DNA from: Penicillus capitatus
Lineage: Eukaryota > Plantae > Chlorophyta
Length of the DNA: 64,000 bases
Direction: 5' to 3'
Assembly: GCA_965649825.1 (NCBI GenBank)
Contig: OZ287694.1
Span: 991,197 to 1,055,196 of the forward strand
Part shown: one piece after another, positions 58,254-64,000 of the stretch
How positions within the stretch are numbered: position 1 is the first letter of the stretch
How the letters are laid out: each line of letters opens with the position of its first letter
Notes under the pieces: generated by a model
Seen by the model: only the letters and a program-made list of their open reading frames with translations
Told to the model about the DNA's origin: nothing
Database searches by the model: none
Translations under genes and position numbers: made by a program

Positions 58254-58899
58254 AGGCTCTGAACAAGCCAGAGAATGACGTCCCTATCCGACTCACCTTC
58301 CTCGTCTCAAGCCCTGGAACAATTGCATCCATAAATCCGTCAGGTCCTTCAAGTTCCAGAGAAACTGCACCGATGGACCCAATGGCTAGTCGGAAACACG
58401 AATCCTCTCCCCTCAAGCTGGACAGGCCACCAATCGAATCATGTCGGAGAGGATGAGGGTGATCTTAAATGCAATATTATTATTGCCTTCTCCGTGTTCC
58501 AAGATGATGGACTGGGAGATCCAGAAGCTTCATTCGACAGCAATCTCGCCTTCTGGATGGTTGCAGAGACGCCCGAGACCTCGAGGATTGGCTACCGGTT
58601 GATAAACCTGCTGGAATGACACCGCCAAGCATTCCGCAGCAACCCCCAGACGATGCATAGACCGGCAGAATTTTCCTCCATGAGAACGAAGTCTCCGATG
58701 CCACTGCAGAATGTCCTGTTGCATTACCTCCTCGACTCGCGATCGAGTCGAGAGTTCCCATGGCAACGTGTCCAGAATGGCTGAAAATCCAGCCATCGAA
58801 GAAATGGACCATTACTTGCTCCATGTTGCTCCCGCTGCTCCCAATCACCCCTTCTGCGAACTACAGAGAGATCCCAGAGAACAGCAGTCCATTAAGCCT

Positions 58900-60022
58900 C
58901 ACCGATAATTCTGTGACAGAATCGTCTGAAGCCATCCAGACCGAAGCGGAATGACAATCGCCTCTCTTGTACATGAAGAAATCGAGCCAGACCCCATCGA
59001 CGGATCTGAGAACATATCACCGACTTGCCAGCTCGCATCTCCTGTCGAAGAGGATACGCCTACGTCGCATGAAGACAACCAGACCATGCTTGGCAAGAGG
59101 CCTGTACATGAGTCTGTCGATGGTCTGCCGTTGATGCAGATCATCGCAGACCTTGTACATAGCTATATCCAACGAGCCATAGCTATACCCATGTGCATGA
59201 GTCTGTCGATGGTCTGCCGTTGATGCAGATCATCACAGACCTTGTACATGGAGACAACCCAACAAGCCAGAGAATGACGTCCCTACCCAGTCGTCTTCAT
59301 CATCTGACACCCCTGGAACAATTGCATTCATGAATCCGTCAGGTCCTTCAGGTTCTGGAGAAAATGCACCGATGGACCCAATGGCTCCTCGAAAACACGA
59401 ATCCTCTCCCCTCAAGCTGGACAGGCCATCAACTGAATCATGTCGAAGACGATGACGGCGATCTCATGCACAGTCTCATTGCCTTCGCCATGTTCCAAGA
59501 TGATGGACAAATAGTTTCAGAAGATTTCGTTCGGCAGCAATCTCTTCTTCTGGATTGCTACAGAAGCGCTCGAGACCTCAAGGATCGACTGCCGCTTGAC
59601 AAACCTGCTGGAATGAGGCCGCCAAGGTCCCTCAGCAACCCCCAGACAATGCATGGACGGGCAAGATTTTCCTCCATGACGACCAAATCGTCAATGCCAC
59701 TGCAGAATGTCCAGTTGCATTACCTCCTCGACTCACGATCGAGTCCAGAATTCCCATGACATTCGTGTCCATAATGGCCGAAAAACCAGACATCGAGGAG
59801 ATGGAGCATTACTTCTTTTTTATCACTTCCGCTGCGCCCAATCGCCCACTCAGCGAACTACTGAGTGATCTTAGAGTCACACAAACCGCTGGTGTTGTGC
59901 AACTCGAGGAGCTCAACATTACTCTGTATTTCGTTCCTGCTTCGGAATCGAGGTTTAGACAGTTGAGTGACATAGGGGATCCAAAGAACGCCCTCGCCTG
60001 TTTCTTAACTGTGACATCATGA
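58900..60022 (+). pseudogene. Spen/FPA-like 3' duplicate F3 (linker plus complete SPOC-like domain)
   Basis: Colinear with 44425-44595 and 46140-47132; SPOC open from TGG 59654 to TGA 60022; shares the upstream 1-nt shift with F1. Confidence 0.75.
59103..59251. repeat. Hairpin pair D
   Basis: Units 59103-59159 and 59189-59251. Confidence 0.92.
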
Positions 60023-60232
60023 TATGAGATGTTGCTGCTGTGTGTTAAACATATTGTCTTTGCTGTGACAGCTGTGTATAAGAATCATCCATTGTCAATC
60101 GATTTTAAACTCGGCACGTTTGTTAAGCGCCTATGTTGAGCGACAGCGTTGCGGCGAGAGTTATCGCTAAAATCTTACAACAAGGAGAACAACGCAAGAG
60201 TGTAGGTGGTGCACAAAGCAGTGAACTCTGGT

Positions 60233-61079
60233 TCAGGTAATGGAACTCTCGATGCGTGTATTGTCCTCTGGATCTAGAAGCCTTCTTTGATCGCCACTGC
60301 GTCTGCGATTGTGATTACGATCACACATTTTTCTGCGTCGTCCAACCAGATCTCCGTCGCAGATGGGCAAAGAGGTCTCTCGCTTGTCATCGTGCGTCCC
60401 TTGACCAAACAACGTCAACACCGACCTCCATGGCCAATGGACCATCTCTGGTTGCCGAGATGTTATGCAAAAGTACTGAGGTCCGCAAGACCTATGCATC
60501 GTTGCGAGACATGTCATTCCTAGGGTTTGACTTCGTATTTCCAGTAAAGATCCCGCAGGTATTGAGCGTTCCGCGGAGAGTCGCGCGAAACTGTTATGAT
60601 CTAGAGAAGAAAAGAGACAACGTGCCTTGAATCCAATCTGCATTGTCAGGTCTTCCTGCTTAATTGTCTGTTTCTTGAGGGAGCGATATGCGAACTCCCT
60701 TGTCTCAATGTTGCCTTGTTCTGTGTAAAATGCGTTGCTAGAGAGAGCGTAGCTCTCTTTGGTCTGCATCCTGTACTGTCTCTTTAAAGAGTCTGTTCCC
60801 TATGCGTGTGGTGGCTTTCAGATTCAAAGCTTTAACATTCGACTGTTTCGACAATGTCCTTGCAGACAGCAAAGTTCTGTCAGCACTGAAGATAAGGCGT
60901 TCGCTGCATATCATTGAGTTCACAGTCCTTTCCTCTTTGAGCGATGTGGAAATGGATCAAACGATGCGGAGGGCAGTGGTCGGGCTTAGTCACATGTTCT
61001 TGGTGACAAAACCATTGACAAACGCGTCTATATTCTTTAGCTGAGAGGGGAAGCCAAGTCGAAGGACTGGAGCTGTTGA
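60233..61079 (-). pseudogene. Remnant of an unidentified gene convergent with the SPOC copies
   Basis: Broken protein-like frames (FSADRTLLSARTLSKQSNVKALNLKATTRIGNRLFKE; FYTEQGNIETREFAYRSLKKQ; SRDSPRNAQYLRDLYWKYEVK); its 3' end is also copied at ~47340-47450. Confidence 0.35.
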
Positions 61080-61438
61080 CCGTGCGTCGCGTGGCCATTG
61101 CCTCGGTCATAAAGGAGATCTTCGAGGCGCCCTCGAAGATGTCCCATCTCTACGCCCAGGACGAAACTGATGGCATCCATGATATTCGATTTGCTAGAGC
61201 CGTTGGGGGGCCTACGATCGCAGCGAACGAGCGGAAGGGTCCGATGCTCACGGCGCCGCCATAAAACTCGAAGTTGTGCCGTTCGAGCAGATGGATGCGA
61301 CCACCTCGCTGTGTCATGACGGACGGCTTTCGCCAAAGGCTGCGACAGAGAGAACGGCGACGTCAGTGACGACATGAGCTTATTGTGGACGTCCGTCGCA
61401 TCATTGTCGTGGACATTAGAGACGGTGAATGCAACGCC
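61080..61438 (-). pseudogene. Duplicated SMC1 5' flank and N-terminus (source 41044-41400), frameshifted in the P-loop
   Basis: ATG 61317 MTQRGGRIHLLERHNFEFYGGAVSIGPFRSFAAIVGP, then +2 nt (ggccccccaacggc vs ggccctaacggc). Confidence 0.92.
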
Positions 61439-62473
61439 AGAGAGCCTTCTGAGATCTCGAGGGGCGCTTTTCCTTGGCTCTCGTTCGTCGCTGACTCATC
61501 CTGCCCAGGGGTCACCTCACTATCCGGGTATTTGACAGCGAACTCGAACCATTCGATGCTTTCTCCGAACGCTTGTTCTTTCTTTCTTTCTCGCGACGTA
61601 TCCGGTCGAGACGCAGCCGCTGCCACATCTTCATGTGCGATTCCCATCTGAGCCTCTGTCAGATGCTCACGCTGTTCTAGGCGGCCTTAGCCGAAGACGT
61701 GCCGCACAGTTCAGCCTGGCACCCTATGGTGCAACAACGCGCGGTCAGAGACGCCTTAGAAAAAGCGCTTGGCCGCGCGGCTGTCGAGGAAAATGGCCGA
61801 GGTACCCTCAGATCCCTGCCGCGCCCTTCGACGGTCCTCCAGTCGTGCGGAGCACGGACTTTGAGAAAGGTAAGAATACGATGGCTCATGGTGAATGATT
61901 AATGGTAATATTTGCAGGATCTACGTTCAGCTTGGTAGCTGATCAGTGTGGAATGCTACCTGCCCTGGTTCTGCAGCTGAGTCATTCGAAGCCATTCCGG
62001 CCGAAGTTGAAAATGCCCCTCAACTGCGCCAGCTCCACCAGTTAAGCACCATCAATGGTCCTGCACCAGAATCGTCTGAAGTTACGCCAGCCGAAGCCCA
62101 ACCTTTTGCTCCGGAGTCCTTTAGAAGGTTTGTCACTCCAATGCCCCAATACCGACGAAGCCATATACTGACCTTTAGGTGCCCTGATTCTACACCAGAA
62201 TCGTCCGAAGCCATGCCAACCGAAGCCACTATGGTCACTCCAGAGCATCACAAGACTCCATCGAGCCCCATCGATGATCCCCTGGCGCCAGAATGATTGA
62301 CGGAGCTAGGCAGACCGAAGCGGATGCCAATCACCTCATGTGCACGAAGAAATCGAGCCAGATCCCATCGATGGATCTGTGAAGAGATCACCTGCCTGCC
62401 AGCTCGCATCTCCTATCGAAGACCCGACACCTACGACGCACGAAGACCATCAGAGCATCTTTGGCAAGAGGCC

Positions 62474-62599
62474 TGTACATGAGTCTGTCGATGATCTGCC
62501 GTTTGATGCAGATCATCGCAGACCTTGTACATAGCTACACCCGTGTGCATGAGTCTGTCGATGATCTGCCTTTGATGCAGATCATCGCAGACCTGCACA
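62474..62599. repeat. Hairpin pair E
   Basis: Units 62474-62531 and 62544-62599 (tgtgca...tgcaca). Confidence 0.92.
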
Positions 62600-62689
62600 T
62601 GGAGGCTGCTCAACGAGATATAGCTACGCCAATGTGCATGAGTCTTCCGAAGCTCTGCCAGTCGAAGCAGTGCAACGAGGTCCTGCACT

Positions 62690-64000
62690 TGAAGACAACT
62701 CGACTGTTTTCATGCATCAATGCAGCATTGGATCGAACATGGCGAGCAATGGAGCAGGACTGAGTGTCTACTAAAGAGCAAACGTTGTGTTCGAGAACTC
62801 CACAGTCTTATCCAACCGTGCAGGCAACCTCGGTGGATGCATTTACAGTCATGGCTCCACATTCAGTACAAGAAAGGTCACTTTTCGGAATAACTCCGCG
62901 GGTGAACAAGGGCGAGCGTTGTTTGGAGACCAGATGAGTGTCTTGACAATCGCAGAATCGATCATTAACGGCAATAGATCCAGATACGGAGCTGGCATCT
63001 TTGGCCGTGTGAACAGCAGTGTGACGATCCGTCTCAGCGAAATGCAACACAATCTGGCGACTGAAGCTGGAGGTGGAGTCCATTCGGAGAATTCGGTCGT
63101 GAACGTCAGTCAGAGCAGCTTCTCGAGAAACAAAGCATCCATTGGTGGTTCGTTGTCGCTCGCACATTCAAATCTGCAAGTGGACAACGCCAGCTTTTTG
63201 CACGACGAGGCCACACAATCTGGAGGGTCGATGGCCTTGATGCAGAACAGTTCAGCAGCGGTGATCGATGTGTTCGTCAAGAGCTGTACGGCGAGGACGG
63301 GAGGCGGAATAACACTTTCTGGATCGAATATGACATCATCTGAACTGTGGATCTCCGCGTGCCGCGCTGAAGTTAAAGGCGGCGGCGTCTTCGCAAACTG
63401 ATCATCGATTCCTGTCATCCAGCTCTTCGTTCAGCGACAATGACGCTGGAGAACATGGCGGCGGCATCGCCTTCGAATCGGACGTGCCGCAGAATCTGGC
63501 ACTCCAGCTGAACGAATGTGCATTCAATTACAACAGAGCTGATCTAGGAGGTGTGTTTAACCATTTGCGATCATCCATTCTGAATACCCACGTGTGCAGG
63601 TGCTGTCCATGTCTCTACTGGATGCGGACCGAGAAGCTGTTCCCGGACCAATGCTTCGTGCACATTCGTCGCCGTAACTGGCTGCGGTCTCTTGGGAAAC
63701 AGCGCCGACGTTGCAGGTGGCGCCATCTTTGTGCAAGATGCCAATATCTTGCGCCATTCATGTGGCAGCAAGAAGACAAGCGTCCCACCAGAGCTGCACT
63801 CGAACAAGACCCTCCAGAAACTCGACACCTTCTGTCCAAATCGCGAAACATGTTCCGATTGGGAATCAAACAATGCCCATCTCTACGGTCCGATTCTTGC
63901 GTCCTACGCCCAGTCCACTCGGGCATTCATCAAGAACCCAGAGAATCCAAACGAAGAGGCACGCTTCAAAGATCATCGAGTCGTTGTTCGCAATCACAGA
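62690..64000 (+). pseudogene. Second copy of the Pmp beta-helix fragment
   Basis: EDNSTVFMHQCSIGSNMASNGAGLSVY*RANVVFENSTVLSNRAGNLGGCIYS...GGGVFAN*; stops and frameshifts differ from the 45k copy. Confidence 0.82.

Larger units (their letters stand above)
54907..58880 (+). pseudogene. Spen/FPA-like RRM-SPOC gene copy F2 (longest copy; many stops and frameshifts; SPOC truncated)
   Basis: ATG 54907; intron ~55288-55343; RRM-like HVLWFVSPPGNLGNDGVSAACKQYGRVSRVISPEVSLAKALVMFESTKEAHKCYQGL; possible second RRM start (ALLWMDG...IPHVTKYFDSAG); acidic linker with stops; SPOC with W->TAG at 58658. Confidence 0.65.
61439..64000 (+). repeat. Segmental duplicate of 43364-46121 (FPA-like copy F4 with Pmp cargo), runs off the window end
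   Basis: Continuous colinear similarity from agagcc (61439/43364) to cgcaatcacaga (64000/46121). Confidence 0.93.

Noticed and set aside
44596-62599. Palindromic repeats read as a CRISPR array
   Set aside because: Only pairs, the spacers are related rather than unique, the context is eukaryotic and intron-containing, and no cas genes are present
43364-64000. Autonomous transposon (Helitron, MULE, LTR) as the direct explanation
   Set aside because: No transposase, Rep/helicase, RT or integrase motif and no clear terminal repeats or target-site duplications seen; a partner acting in trans cannot be excluded

Overview
Eukaryotic nuclear DNA from a photosynthetic organism, most likely a green alga. 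Evidence: many 45-60 nt GT-AG introns, plastid-targeted HCF244/Ycf39 and release factor 1, mTERF and OASTL; standard genetic code. The window has two halves. Bases 1-43.3k are an extremely compact housekeeping region: TRAP-beta, mTERF, FIS1, a BicA-like SulP transporter, a KH protein, plastid RF1, an RRM/RS protein, a trithorax-type SET methyltransferase, cysteine synthase, dihydroxyacetone kinase, an SLC5/SSS transporter, METTL13, a halide/thiocyanate methyltransferase, SMC1, HCF244 and two orphan multi-exon genes. Several co-oriented genes are only 34-103 nt apart. Bases 43.3k-64k are a mosaic of local DNA-level duplications: four damaged copies of a Spen/FPA-like RRM-SPOC gene, a disabled Pmp-type beta-helix gene plus fragments of a paralogue, and captured pieces of the neighbouring SMC1 and HCF244 genes. 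Five tandem pairs of a ~57-63 nt hairpin, with a compensatory base change, punctuate this mosaic. No rRNA, tRNA, CRISPR array or transposase was recognised. Gene names come from my recall of family motifs, not database searches. Exon boundaries were traced by eye, and some coordinates are approximate.
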